From contig JAJRTK010000277.1 of the NCBI GenBank assembly GCA_024278345.1, positions 3,612-67,611 of the forward strand: DNA of 64,000 bases, read 5' to 3'. The first letter of the stretch is position 1, and each line of letters starts with the position of its first letter. Under the pieces are notes generated by a model. That model did no database searches. It had not been told where the DNA came from and saw nothing but the letters and a program-made list of their open reading frames with translations. A program made the translations under genes and the position numbers. Positions 36,844 to 47,302 of this stretch are shown here, piece by piece. Origin of the DNA: a bacterium (GTDB lineage Bacteria > CSSED10-310 > JAJRTK01).

Positions 36844-37109
36844 TTTATACACTCTCTTACCGGGGAACAAAAAGCCCGGTCAGGTGGCACCTCCACCGGC
36901 GCACTTCATTTTTGGGGGCGCAAAGGAAGAAAACCCCGATTTCCTTTTGGGTTGGCTTCCGCTCCCATGGCTCGCGGCCGCTGCGCGCCAGTCGCCCTGA
37001 ATCTTCCCAAAAAGTTGCTCTCTCTTGAAGAATAGAGCATGATGGACGGGAAGACATCTGATGGTTCTCCTTAGGCGAGACCAGTTCGTGAGCCCCTCAA
37101 CTCAAGGGT

Positions 37110-37982
37110 ATGGATATGCGGATTTCTTTCTTTGCAGCGGTCTTTCTTGGGGCGGCATGCTTACCTGGCCCCGCCGCGGCACTCGCTCCATCTGAGTTGC
37201 CGGGCACGTACCAGGGAATCCAGCGCATCCGAACCGACATACTTCAGAAACTGGGGATTGGCCCCTCCGGGATGGCGAAGGGAGAGGGAAGGGGACGACC
37301 CGGTCTGGTTGGCGATCCACTCCAAGCCACGCTGGTCTTGGCGGCAAACAGCCACTTCACAATTGATTTGGGTGGATTTGACGAGGGCAGATGGGTCATC
37401 CTCACGCACGAGGAGACCGGCAAGCAATACCTACGCTTCCAGGGGAAAAAAGCGAGTTACGAGGCTCTCTTCCAGCAAGAATGGGGCCTCTCTTCCAACG
37501 AGATAGGGATCTGGAAGGAAGAGGGAGGAGCCTGGTGGATGCTTCAATTCCGGAAGGTGGGCCAGACAGGCTACACGCCTCCGGACCTGACGGAATACAC
37601 CGAAGCGGCCATGGCTCAGGCCTTCGGAAAAGGCCGGCTACAAGCCGATTTTGAAAGCGTAGGCCAGGGTTCAGCCAGCGGCAGCCGGATCCAAGAAGGC
37701 CGCTTTTCCCCGGGCACGCGCTTTTCCGGATCGATGGGCGCCCCTCAGACAAACGAGCAGATCGCCTTGACTTTTCTGCCCGACGGCCGCTTCACCGTGA
37801 GCGCCATGCTTGCTGGCGTCTCCACTAGCGGCATCTACGAAGTCAAGGGAAACGCTCTGTGGCTCCAGCTTGAAGGTACGGCCAAGGAGGAATGGCAATT
37901 GGCGCGGGACAAGCTGTCGGGGCAGTTCCTTATCCGGCAAAAGGGAACGGAAGACTGGCTTGTGGAGGTCTCCCTGCGGTGA
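37110..37982 (+). CDS. Secreted hypothetical protein.
   Basis: Signal peptide MDMRISFFAAVFLGAACLPGPAAALA. A 290-aa ORF with consistent codon usage. No motif recognised. Confidence 0.5.
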   Translation: MDMRISFFAAVFLGAACLPGPAAALAPSELPGTYQGIQRIRTDILQKLGIGPSGMAKGEGRGRPGLVGDPLQATLVLAANSHFTIDLGGFDEGRWVILTHEETGKQYLRFQGKKASYEALFQQEWGLSSNEIGIWKEEGGAWWMLQFRKVGQTGYTPPDLTEYTEAAMAQAFGKGRLQADFESVGQGSASGSRIQEGRFSPGTRFSGSMGAPQTNEQIALTFLPDGRFTVSAMLAGVSTSGIYEVKGNALWLQLEGTAKEEWQLARDKLSGQFLIRQKGTEDWLVEVSLR

Positions 37983-37984
37983 CC

Positions 37985-38968
37985 ATGGGGCGCATTCCAA
38001 AGTTACCTCCCGCCTCACTGAGTGTGGTCATCGTAACCCACAACCACTCCGAGGTCTTGGGGGAGTGTCTTCAAGCAGCCACCGAGGTCCTGCCCTCCGA
38101 TACTCAATTCCTTCACATCGATAATGCCTCCACCGACGGAACATGGAAGGTTGCCGGGAGATTCTCCAACGTGATCACCATCCGATCCGAGGCAAACGTG
38201 GGGTTTTCCGAGGCCATGAATCGGGGGATCGGGGCGACACGCTCGGATCTTGTCCTGACCCTCGGGCCGGACGTCTATCTCCAACCCGGCTTCCTTGATG
38301 CCCTCCTCCCCGCTCTTTCGGAACCTGGAGTTGCCATGGCGGGCCCGATTCTCCTGGACGCTCAAAACTCCTCCGTCATCGATGATGCGGGTACAATTCT
38401 CACTGCCGGCTGGCAGTTCAAGAGCCGAGGCTCGGGAGAGCCCGACGTGGATCAGTACCGGGCTGGCAACGTTCTGGCCATCTGCGGTGGTTGCTGCCTC
38501 CTGCGTCGCCGGGCCGTAAAAGATCTCGCGCTGTCGGGCGAACTGTTCGATTCAGATTTCTTCGCCTACAAAGAGGATATCGACCTGGGATGGCGCGCCC
38601 ATCTCTTGGGCTGGACCTGCCGTTTCGAGCCAGCGGCAAGGGCACTTCACGGCCGCAAAGGGGGGAAGGAGTTCTCGCCGCTGGTCCGGGAGCTCTCCAT
38701 CCGAAACCGATGGTGCCTCCTCCTCAAAAACGGGGATGCCGTAACTCTGGCTCGGCAACTCCACTCCCTCGTAGGCCTGGAACTCTACCAAGTCATCAAT
38801 CACGCGCCCGCCTATGGCATCCGCCGCTTTCTATCGGTCATTCCGTCCATGCTCCGCAAGCGGCGGGCGCTGAGACAGCGGCGCCGGCTCACGCCACGGC
38901 AAATGCGACAACGATTCAGAGACCTGCGGACCGAAACCCCGTATTGTATAACAAAGGACCCGGTATGA
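37985..38968 (+). CDS. Family-2 glycosyltransferase (GT-A fold).
   Basis: SVVIVTHNHSEVLGECLQ…FLHIDNASTDGT…ANVGFSEAMNRGI (GT2 N-terminal DxD region). ATG chosen 3 nt after the upstream stop. Confidence 0.75.
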   Translation: MGRIPKLPPASLSVVIVTHNHSEVLGECLQAATEVLPSDTQFLHIDNASTDGTWKVAGRFSNVITIRSEANVGFSEAMNRGIGATRSDLVLTLGPDVYLQPGFLDALLPALSEPGVAMAGPILLDAQNSSVIDDAGTILTAGWQFKSRGSGEPDVDQYRAGNVLAICGGCCLLRRRAVKDLALSGELFDSDFFAYKEDIDLGWRAHLLGWTCRFEPAARALHGRKGGKEFSPLVRELSIRNRWCLLLKNGDAVTLARQLHSLVGLELYQVINHAPAYGIRRFLSVIPSMLRKRRALRQRRRLTPRQMRQRFRDLRTETPYCITKDPV

Positions 38969-40092
38969 GCTCGGGCGCAGTCTCTCCAAAGTCTCAACCA
39001 GATCCGGTGACAAAAGTCACTCCGCGAACAAAGGACCCAGGCCCTTGCTTCTCCCTCCTTCTTGTGTGCCATAACAGCCACACACTTCTTCCCCGCTGCC
39101 TGGAAGCCATGGAAACCGGACTCCGAGCCAGCTCCTCCTCTGCCCAGGTGGAGCTCGTTGCCATCGACAATGCCTACTCCGACGGCTCCGTGGATCTCCT
39201 GAAAGAGCACTGGCCCGGACAACTACTCCTTCCGGGCAAAAACCTGGGTTTCGGCGGCGCATTGAATCTGGGCATCGCCCATACGAAGGCGCCCTGGATC
39301 ATCGGCATCAACCCCGATATTCTTCTGGCACCGGATTTCTTCCGCCAACTGGCAATAGACGTGGCAGCGCTCGAGGATTCCCCCGGCATCGGGATGCTGG
39401 CTCCAAAACTGCTTCACATCACCCTTGAGTGTTTCTTGACAGGCTCGCCTCCGGAGCAGAAAATCCTCGATTCTACCGGGCTCTTCCTTGACCGGCGCCG
39501 ACAGCCTTACGACCGGGGCCAGGGCGAGCCCGATTCCCGCCAATTCGATACCTCCCTGGAAGTCCTTGGCCCCTGCGGCGCCTGTGCCATCTACCGCCGT
39601 TCGATGCTAGAAAAACTGGCCATCGGCGGAGAGATCTTCGATGAACGCCTCTTCCTCTACTACGAAGACGTGGATCTTGCCTGGCGTGGGCGGCGTAGTG
39701 GGTTTCGGGCCATCCATGTACCGAAGGTACTGGCTTGGCACATCAGGCAAGGTGCTGACTCGGTTCGCCGATCAGCGCGGATTCCAGGGCACCGGAAGAT
39801 CGCCGCCCGAGCCCTGGCAAACCGCTACCTGGTCCTTCTGAAAAACGAGTCTCCGGGCCATTTTCTCCGAGCTCTCCCGGCCATCCTCTTTTGGGATACG
39901 ATTCGCTTGGGATACACGCTGTTCCGAACACCGGGTCTCTTCGTCCAGGCCATGGAACACCTGATCCTGGATGCCCGCGCCACCTGGAAAAAACGGCACG
40001 CCTCCCGCGGGGAGACGGGTGTGGATCCCTTCCTCAGGAACTCGCCCCGGAGTCGTACGGCCCCGGAAAAAAGGGGAAGACCGCGGCAGTAG
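38965..40092 (+). CDS. Family-2 glycosyltransferase (second, paralogous, translationally coupled).
   Basis: FSLLLVCHNSHTLLPRCL…VELVAIDNAYSDGS…KNLGFGGALNLGI, and LFLYYEDVDLAWR (GT2 ED motif). Its ATG overlaps the upstream TGA (ATGA). Confidence 0.75.
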   Translation: MSSGAVSPKSQPDPVTKVTPRTKDPGPCFSLLLVCHNSHTLLPRCLEAMETGLRASSSSAQVELVAIDNAYSDGSVDLLKEHWPGQLLLPGKNLGFGGALNLGIAHTKAPWIIGINPDILLAPDFFRQLAIDVAALEDSPGIGMLAPKLLHITLECFLTGSPPEQKILDSTGLFLDRRRQPYDRGQGEPDSRQFDTSLEVLGPCGACAIYRRSMLEKLAIGGEIFDERLFLYYEDVDLAWRGRRSGFRAIHVPKVLAWHIRQGADSVRRSARIPGHRKIAARALANRYLVLLKNESPGHFLRALPAILFWDTIRLGYTLFRTPGLFVQAMEHLILDARATWKKRHASRGETGVDPFLRNSPRSRTAPEKRGRPRQ

Positions 40093-40273
40093 CTCGAGTT
40101 TTTTTGCGATGGCATGGATTCGTGGCGAGTTCGTTATTCGTTTCTGGTTTCTGAGCAGTTCAAAAAAACTTGAACATCGAGTTTCAGGGCAAGAAGCCTG
40201 GTTCGAGGGCGGCAAAGGTGTGAGTGACGGCGGACGGATTGCCGCCGGCACGATACGGAACTCAACCCGTAAG

Positions 40274-42457
40274 CTACCGCTCAATGGTCAAGGAACTCGA
40301 TCCATCCGCCCTGAACCGACCGGAACTCTCGTCTGGGGACAAGCCCGGCGACTCCTCCTCCTCCAGAACCTCTGCAAGCCGGCCTAGCAATTCGTCGAAG
40401 GTGAAGGGCTTGGGCAAAAAAACCGCTCCGGTCTTCCCCAAAAAGGAGGTCAGCTCCTGGTTGAAGAGATCGCCGGAAGTCCAGACACACCTCCGCATCA
40501 AGCCCGGGGCAACCTCGAAAAACCGCTCGTAAAGCTCGACACCACTAATGTCTGGGAGCCTCCAGTCCACCAGGGCTGCGGCGAATTCCGAGCCTTGGCA
40601 GGCTTCCAAGGCGCAGGTCCCGTCAGCGACACCGGTAACCTCGAAGCCTCGGCGATGCAACAGCGACTGCAGCGCTTCAAGAATTGACTTCTCGTCATCG
40701 ACCAACAGGATCTTGCGGCCATGGCCTTTGAGTCTAGCTCCCTCGTCGGCGGCCAATTCCGATTCCCCGCCGCCTGTTTCCGCGAGCCACTGGGGCGCGG
40801 CAGGAAACCTCAAGAGCACCTGTGTTCCGCCGCCAATCTCGCTGGTGACCTCCAGGGTCCCCCCGTGTTCCTCGACGATGCCCTTGACGATGGTCATCCC
40901 AAGACCGGCCCCCGAACCGATGGCCTTCGTCGTGAAAAAGGGTTCGAAGATATGCTCCTGCACCTCGGGCCTCATGCCCGGGCCATTGTCGATGATGAGA
41001 AGCTCGCTCCGCTGTTCCTCGGTCCGGCGGGTCACGACGCTCAATACCGGCGGCTCCGTGTTGTGCGCCAGAGCAGCCACGGCATTGTCGAAAAGGTTGG
41101 AAAGAACCTGCTGGAGCTGATGCACGTTCGCCCCTGCAGGCGGCAGACCGGCTTCCAGTTCCGTTTTCAGTTGGATGCCGCTGGAAGCCAGGCGGTCCCG
41201 CCAGTCGATCAAAAAATGATCCACCAGTTGACTCAGATCGACTGCCTCCTTCTCCACCGAATGCGTTTGCGAAAACGAAAGCAGATTCTTGGCAACCCGG
41301 ACGCACCGCTCCGTTTCTTCCACCACTCGGGCCAGGTTCTGCCTTAGGAATGGGCTGTGCTGGCTCTTGTGCAAGAGCTTTACGGAACCCAGAATGTTGA
41401 GGAGGGGATCGTTGAGCTCTCTGGCTATTCCGGCGACGAACTGACCCAGGGAAGAAAGGCGCTCGCTCTTGAGGAGGCGATCCCGCGCCTGGCGGAGCTG
41501 CCGGAGATGACGCTCTAACTGTTTGTGGAGGTTGTGATTTCTGAGCATCGCGCCCAGGGCGTCCCCAATGAGGCGACAGAGCCACAGATCCCGCTCGGTG
41601 AAGGGACCCTGGGCGGCAGAGCGCCGGAGCAGCAAAGCCGTATGAACGACGTCGCCCTCAAGAATCGGCACAGCGAGAACGGATCGAATATCGACTCCCG
41701 CCAGGCGGTGGGAAACCGGTCGCATGAGTTGGTCTTGGCCGACATCGCGAACCAAAACAACCTCCTGAGTGTCCAGGAGGCGCTGGACTTCTGGATACTT
41801 CCACATCTCCAGCTGCAATCCACCGGCGGCGGCGGAATCGGTGGAAGAAAGCACGCGAAGCCGTTCGCCTGTATCGCCGGGCAGGAGCAGAGAAACGCGT
41901 TGCGCCTCGAAAAGCATGGAGATCTGATGGAGGATGTTCTGATGGATGTCCTGCCTTGGATCGCTCCTAAGCAAGGCGCCGGTAAATTCAAGCGTCTGGT
42001 GGAGAGAGGCGCGATCGTGTTCCACCTGCTCGTATAGGAGCTTGTGGCGCAGGTGGGATCGGACGCGGGCAAGGAGCTCCGGGAAAAAGATCGGCTTCGT
42101 GATGTAGTCGTCAGCACCATTCTCGAACGCCAGTAACAGGTTCTGCCGATCGGTGCGGGCGGTCAAGATGAGAACCGGCACATAGTGGGCGAACGGATGG
42201 TGCTTCAGCGTGTAGCAAACCTCAATCCCATCGATATCGGGAAGTCCCAGGTCCAGCAGGACCAAGTCTGGATGCTCACTGCCAAAAACCGAAAGTCCTT
42301 CACTCCCGGAGCGGCAGACCAAGACCTGGTAACTCTGTTCGCTCAGAAACTCGACGACGGTCTGGGCCACTCCCCGGTCGTCCTCGATCAACAGGATCTT
42401 GGGTCGGCGCACCAGGCTCATTCTTTGTTCCTCCCTAGTCCCAGGTTCTTTTGGCAC
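40274..42457 (-). CDS. Hybrid sensor histidine kinase with REC-GAF-HisKA-HATPase-REC architecture.
   Basis: N-terminal receiver (ILLIEDD…LLDLGLPDIDG). GAF-like middle region. H-box LGQFVAGIARELNDPL. N, G1 and G2 boxes (LSNLFDNA, DNGPGM, GSGAGLGMTIVKGIV). C-terminal receiver (ILLVDDEKSILE…VDWRLPDISG). Confidence 0.85.
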   Translation of the reverse strand: MPKEPGTREEQRMSLVRRPKILLIEDDRGVAQTVVEFLSEQSYQVLVCRSGSEGLSVFGSEHPDLVLLDLGLPDIDGIEVCYTLKHHPFAHYVPVLILTARTDRQNLLLAFENGADDYITKPIFFPELLARVRSHLRHKLLYEQVEHDRASLHQTLEFTGALLRSDPRQDIHQNILHQISMLFEAQRVSLLLPGDTGERLRVLSSTDSAAAGGLQLEMWKYPEVQRLLDTQEVVLVRDVGQDQLMRPVSHRLAGVDIRSVLAVPILEGDVVHTALLLRRSAAQGPFTERDLWLCRLIGDALGAMLRNHNLHKQLERHLRQLRQARDRLLKSERLSSLGQFVAGIARELNDPLLNILGSVKLLHKSQHSPFLRQNLARVVEETERCVRVAKNLLSFSQTHSVEKEAVDLSQLVDHFLIDWRDRLASSGIQLKTELEAGLPPAGANVHQLQQVLSNLFDNAVAALAHNTEPPVLSVVTRRTEEQRSELLIIDNGPGMRPEVQEHIFEPFFTTKAIGSGAGLGMTIVKGIVEEHGGTLEVTSEIGGGTQVLLRFPAAPQWLAETGGGESELAADEGARLKGHGRKILLVDDEKSILEALQSLLHRRGFEVTGVADGTCALEACQGSEFAAALVDWRLPDISGVELYERFFEVAPGLMRRCVWTSGDLFNQELTSFLGKTGAVFLPKPFTFDELLGRLAEVLEEEESPGLSPDESSGRFRADGSSSLTIER

Positions 42458-42542
42458 TGCCCCGCTGAGGGCGGTTCATTCGGCTTCGTCACTCCCATAG
42501 TCTCCCCGCGGCGCCCAAGGTCGGGAAGCCGTCCGGGAACCG

Positions 42543-44681
42543 TCACGGCACCTCTGTGACCCGGGGTCTGAGAGTCTCTCCTATCTGTGCCAACAACTGA
42601 TCGAAGGTGAATGGCTTTGCCAAGAACCTCTCCTCGATCCGCTGCATGGCCAAGCGCTGGCGAGCGGCATAGGGATCTCCGGAACTGAAGATGAAGCGGC
42701 CTTCAATCTCAGGATCAACGTCCACCAACCGCTGGTAAAGCTGCTCTCCACTCATATCTGGCAATTTCATGTCGATGAACAGGACATCAAACCGTTTTTC
42801 CCGGCAAAGCTCCATCGCTTGACGCCCCGTGGCCGCTCGCCCAACCTCGAACTGGCAATGCTTGAGAAAAGTGGAAAGAGCTTCCAGGATTGAACGCTCA
42901 TCATCAACGAGCAAGACAGACTTGCTCTTCGTATCATCGGCGGCCACTCCATGACCTAGAGAAGAAGAAAAGCCAACGGCCTCTTCCGGCAGCTTCTCCA
43001 CTGACTCCCGCTCCACGGCTTGTGCCAACGGAAAGTGTATGGTCACCGTTGTGCCGCGGCCCGGGCTGCTCGAAAGGTCGATCTTGCCTCCATGGTCTTC
43101 GACGATCCCCTTGACAATGGTCAGGCCAAGCCCTGTACCGCTCCCCATGGTGCTCGTCGTAAAATAGGCCTCGAAAACTCGGCTCCGAACCTCTTCCCGC
43201 ATTCCAGGCCCATTGTCGTGAACCAATAGTTCGATCTCAGCCTCCCGCACCCGTGCGGAAATACTCAGACACGGCGGTTCGGCCGCGTGGGCCAATGCCG
43301 CGGCGGCATTGTCAAAAAGGTTCCCGAAAACCTGCTGCAACTGGTGCTTGCTTGCCATGATCGGTGGAAGCCGAGGCTCCAGGGCAATCCGAACCTGGAT
43401 TCCCGCCATGTCAAACCTGCGCGACCGATCCTGCAACGCCAACTGTAATACGTCGGCAAGGTCCACGCGGTTCTTCTCCGCCGAATAGGTCTCAGAAAAG
43501 GTAAGCAGATTCCGCACCATCCCGGAACAATGCTCGGCCTGCTGGAGAACGCGATTCAACCCCTGCCGCACATAGGGGTTCTGCTGCCCACGCATCAACA
43601 GGCGGCTGTAGCTGGCAATGCTCGTGAGAGGCGCACTGAGCTCCTTGGCGATTCCAGCCACGAACTGTCCCAGCGAAGAAAGCCGTTCGCTCTTGAGCAA
43701 TCGATCCCTGGTCTCCGTGAGCTGCTGAACCTTTCGCTCGAACTCAAGATGCAGGCTCGTATTGCGCAGCAAGGCCCCCAGCGCGTGTCCGATTAGCTGG
43801 CAAAGCCAGAGATCCCGCTCCTCGAACGGGGGCTGGTCCAGTGACCGGCGCAACAGGAGAGTCGCATGGAGCTCATCCCCCTCAAAAATAGGAATGACCA
43901 AGACCGACCGAAGATCCACCTCGGCAAGGTGCTCCGCCACAGCCGACATCAGCCGATTGCTCCGGATGTCCCGAACCATCACGACTTCTCGCGTCTCGAT
44001 GGAATGTTGGACCTCGGGATACCTCCACATTTCAAGCTGCAACCCGCCCACAGTGGCTGAATCCGTCGATGACAAGACCCTGAGAAGCTCCCCGCCGCTT
44101 TCCGGGAGCAAAAGCGAAACTCGCCGGGAATTGAAGAGCACCCGGAGCTGTTCCAAGATGCTCTGGTAAACGTCGTCCTGGGGCCCGGATCGAAGAATCG
44201 TACCGGTGAAGTTCAAGATCTGCTGGAGCGTCGTGCGATCTTGATCCATCCGCTCGCAAAGGTGCTTCACACGAAGATGCGCTCGGACCCTGGCGAGCAA
44301 CTCCTCCAAGAACACCGGCTTGATGATGTAGTCATCCGCGCCGGCCTCAAAAGCGTCGATGAGGTCGCCCCGCCGCTCACTACCGGTCAAAATCAGAACC
44401 GGAACATACTTCGCGAACGGGTGATGCTTCATGGAATAGCAAACATCCAGTCCCGGCATGTCCGGTAATCCAAGGTCCAGAAGCACAAGATCGGGGACAT
44501 TGTCCGAAAACTGCCGTAGCGCCTCCTCCCCGGTGCCACAGGCCTGAGACTCGTACCATCGCTCAGAAGCAAGGTACTCCGTCACAACCCCCACAACGTG
44601 AGGGTCGTCCTCTACAAGGAGAATCCTAGATTTGCGCATTCCGGAAGTTCCCTGGGAAGCCAAATGACCGAGCCGATCCAC
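42543..44681 (-). CDS. Hybrid sensor histidine kinase, a tandem paralog of the previous gene with the same REC-GAF-HisKA-HATPase-REC layout.
   Basis: Same motif order: ILLVEDD…, LGQFVAGIAKELSAPL, FGNLFDNA, DNGPGM, GSGTGLGLTIVKGIV, and a C-terminal VLLVDDERSILE receiver. About 50% identical to its neighbour by eye. Confidence 0.85.
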   Translation of the reverse strand: MDRLGHLASQGTSGMRKSRILLVEDDPHVVGVVTEYLASERWYESQACGTGEEALRQFSDNVPDLVLLDLGLPDMPGLDVCYSMKHHPFAKYVPVLILTGSERRGDLIDAFEAGADDYIIKPVFLEELLARVRAHLRVKHLCERMDQDRTTLQQILNFTGTILRSGPQDDVYQSILEQLRVLFNSRRVSLLLPESGGELLRVLSSTDSATVGGLQLEMWRYPEVQHSIETREVVMVRDIRSNRLMSAVAEHLAEVDLRSVLVIPIFEGDELHATLLLRRSLDQPPFEERDLWLCQLIGHALGALLRNTSLHLEFERKVQQLTETRDRLLKSERLSSLGQFVAGIAKELSAPLTSIASYSRLLMRGQQNPYVRQGLNRVLQQAEHCSGMVRNLLTFSETYSAEKNRVDLADVLQLALQDRSRRFDMAGIQVRIALEPRLPPIMASKHQLQQVFGNLFDNAAAALAHAAEPPCLSISARVREAEIELLVHDNGPGMREEVRSRVFEAYFTTSTMGSGTGLGLTIVKGIVEDHGGKIDLSSSPGRGTTVTIHFPLAQAVERESVEKLPEEAVGFSSSLGHGVAADDTKSKSVLLVDDERSILEALSTFLKHCQFEVGRAATGRQAMELCREKRFDVLFIDMKLPDMSGEQLYQRLVDVDPEIEGRFIFSSGDPYAARQRLAMQRIEERFLAKPFTFDQLLAQIGETLRPRVTEVP

Positions 44682-44775
44682 TCCGTCCCCCCAATGGACC
44701 CGATTGCCACGCCTACCAAGTTAGTGCCTTTTTCCAAAAAATGCCAACCTCTTATCTCAGGCAGTTCTCCATGGT

Positions 44776-45789
44776 CTAGTGCTCAACCCATTCCAGGCGA
44801 TAGGGACCACCTGCCACGGTGAAGCTCCCTCGCAACTTCCAACCCACAAGATCGATGACCATCACCGAATCGTCCACCGGGGAAACCACCCATGCCGCCT
44901 CTCCCCAAGGATGAAGCAGGATGTCCGTCACACCACGCCCCACCGCAAGACGATCCGCAACCTCCTTCGTATCCGTATCGATCTTCACCAAGTCTCTGAT
45001 CCCGTCGGTCTCCAGGAGCAGATAGGGTGATCGCGGCAGATGGCGCAAGCTCCGTACGCGACCCTCAACCTTGATGACTCCTTCCAAGTCACCTGCTTCC
45101 GGATCAAAAAAACTGACGCCCCCCGGACTCGCCTTCACCAACGCCACCACTCCCGACTGAGGATCCAACGCCAGCTCAGTCACGCCCGACACCGCCTCCA
45201 CCTCCTCCAAGGCACGATTCTCCAAATCGAGCAAGAACAGCTCCCCGCTTTCACGCAAAACAAGAACCTGCCTAGTCGATGGATGAAACAGTAAATCCCT
45301 CATTCCGAAACCAACGGAATAGGATCTACGCACCAACCCGCTGATCGCCGACAAGACCAAGATGCGCCCAGATTCCACGCATCCAACCAGAACGCTCTTT
45401 TTCCCAAAGGCGCGAAGAAGACCGGGCTTCCGGCAACCGTTCAAAACCACCGACCGTTCAGCACTCCCCGTCAGCGCCCCGAACCACGTCAATACGCCCC
45501 CCATCCTCCCTTTGAGAGCCGTGCTCGAGACCAATAGATAGAGTGTCTCCGGAACCCGGAGCAGATCGAGCGGCTTTCCCACAAGCTCCGTCTCCCGCAG
45601 GATCTTGCCTTCCGTAGACTCAAAAAAACGGACCTTTCCATCCTTGCGGCAAAGGGCGGCAAGAGTGTCGGCCCCGCTCTCTAAAACGGATACGCCCAAC
45701 AAAAACAGTACCATAGAGCAAAGAAGCCACCAGAATTTTCGGCCATGAGACCTTCCGTCAACCGCCATTCGGATCATGAGGCCCCTCAT
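44776..45789 (-). CDS. Secreted beta-propeller-like hypothetical protein.
   Basis: N-terminal hydrophobic signal or anchor (WWLLCSMVLFLLGVSVL). A repetitive ~40-aa beta-strand pattern (…VLVLRESGELFLLDLENR…, …GVVALVKASPGGVSFFDP…). Confidence 0.45.
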   Translation of the reverse strand: MRGLMIRMAVDGRSHGRKFWWLLCSMVLFLLGVSVLESGADTLAALCRKDGKVRFFESTEGKILRETELVGKPLDLLRVPETLYLLVSSTALKGRMGGVLTWFGALTGSAERSVVLNGCRKPGLLRAFGKKSVLVGCVESGRILVLSAISGLVRRSYSVGFGMRDLLFHPSTRQVLVLRESGELFLLDLENRALEEVEAVSGVTELALDPQSGVVALVKASPGGVSFFDPEAGDLEGVIKVEGRVRSLRHLPRSPYLLLETDGIRDLVKIDTDTKEVADRLAVGRGVTDILLHPWGEAAWVVSPVDDSVMVIDLVGWKLRGSFTVAGGPYRLEWVEH

Positions 45790-45868
45790 CCTTCTCTTTG
45801 TTGGGTTCCGCTCTCATCGGCGGCGGTCCCACCGCCGCTGCTCGCCGCTCCACCGGCAAGGCCAAGGG

Positions 45869-47296
45869 CTAGCCCCCTCCCGCAAGACGCTTCCCCAGAT
45901 CAAAGGCGTTCTCCACACAATTATTCATCGCCACCCCATGGTACGAGTTCCCCGACAGGTGCAGCCCTGGCCACCGGTCGGCCAGCGCCTCCACCTTCGC
46001 TACCCGATCCAGGTGGCCGAGAGTGTACTGTGGAATCGCCCGCGGGTAACGGTAAATCCGCACCAGCTCGGGGTCTCCCTCGAGCCCGAGGACCGGCCGG
46101 AGCAACTCCAAGGTCTTTGAAAGCAAGATCTCTTCCCCCTCCTCCACAATCCGACCCTGCCTCCGGCCACCCAACATTGCCCGGAGAAGAACCCGGCCCT
46201 CCGGCGCACGGCCAGGGTAGATGGAAGAGCTGAAAAGGCATCCCAAAATCGGCAAACCCTCTCGCCCCGGAACCAGGAACCCGAACCCCTCAGGCGTCCG
46301 CGTCACCTTTTTCGCCTCGAAGCCCAGGCAAACCACGGCGACGGGGGCGTAAGGAAAATCCTCCAGCCCGCGGGCCAGTTCTTCCGAAAGCCCCGACAAC
46401 ATCGGTGCTGCTCGATATGATGGCACGGTGACCACGACCTGATCCACCGGAATCCCGCCGGCCGAAGTCCGCACCTCAAGACCATTCTCCGCCTCGACAA
46501 TCGCGGCCACGGGTGTACCAAGCTCAATTTTTTCAAGTCCGATCCTCTGAACCAAAGCGTCAATGAGCTCGCCCAGCCCGCCGCGCAGGGAGGTTAAACT
46601 ACCGCTCGGGCCGGTCTGGATAGCCGGGCCATCCCTGTCGCCGCCCTCGCTCTTCCGCTTCCGCCGCTTCTCTCGCGCCAGAGCGATGGCCCCACGGATC
46701 AAGCTCCCGTGATTCGTCTCCAACCGCCGAAGCCGTGGGAAAGCCGCATCTACGGAAAGCTCGCCGGGATCGCCGCCATAGATCCCCGTCACCATGGCGT
46801 CCACAAGGGTCGTCGCCAAACCCCGGCCCAACCGCCGCGAGGCGAACTCGAGCACAGTCTCTTCCCCCTTCCCCCGCGGGATAAAAGGCTCCAATGCCAC
46901 CCGAAGACGAGACCAAAACGGCAGGATCGGACTCCGAAGAAAACTGGGAGGAGAGATCGGCACCGGTTCCAATCGCCCCGAAAGCAACAAAAACCGGTTC
47001 TTCGAAGCTGCCTCACTGGCCCCCACAAGCCGAGCGCCCACCCCCAACATCGAACAAAGCTCCAATGTCGGGGGCGAATTGTTCAAAAAACCGTTGGGAC
47101 CCCATTCGCAAAGGTAGCCATCCACTGAATCCGTCCGGATCTTGCCGCCTGGCCGGGTATCGGCTTCCAAGATGACCAGATCCGCCTCGGTTCCTCGCTT
47201 CCGGCTCTCCTCCAACAAGGCGAAAGCCGTCGTCAGTCCGCTGATCCCGGCGCCGATGATCGCGGTTTTTCCCATCTTCACACTCTCGCTTCCCAC
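45869..47296 (-). CDS. hemY: Protoporphyrinogen or coproporphyrinogen oxidase, FAD-dependent (HemY/CgoX family).
   Basis: N-terminal Rossmann motif AIIGAGISGLTTAF, a length of about 475 aa, and genomic linkage with hemE. Confidence 0.7.
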   Translation of the reverse strand: MGSESVKMGKTAIIGAGISGLTTAFALLEESRKRGTEADLVILEADTRPGGKIRTDSVDGYLCEWGPNGFLNNSPPTLELCSMLGVGARLVGASEAASKNRFLLLSGRLEPVPISPPSFLRSPILPFWSRLRVALEPFIPRGKGEETVLEFASRRLGRGLATTLVDAMVTGIYGGDPGELSVDAAFPRLRRLETNHGSLIRGAIALAREKRRKRKSEGGDRDGPAIQTGPSGSLTSLRGGLGELIDALVQRIGLEKIELGTPVAAIVEAENGLEVRTSAGGIPVDQVVVTVPSYRAAPMLSGLSEELARGLEDFPYAPVAVVCLGFEAKKVTRTPEGFGFLVPGREGLPILGCLFSSSIYPGRAPEGRVLLRAMLGGRRQGRIVEEGEEILLSKTLELLRPVLGLEGDPELVRIYRYPRAIPQYTLGHLDRVAKVEALADRWPGLHLSGNSYHGVAMNNCVENAFDLGKRLAGGG

Positions 47297-47302
47297 AAGA
47301 GG

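Noticed and set aside
39971-40387. A 138-aa ORF in the AT-richer gap after the second GT2 gene.
   Set aside because: Its 3' half is antisense to the C-terminal receiver of the hybrid kinase. The region more likely holds convergent terminator hairpins (GTTCAA-aaaaac-TTGAAC).
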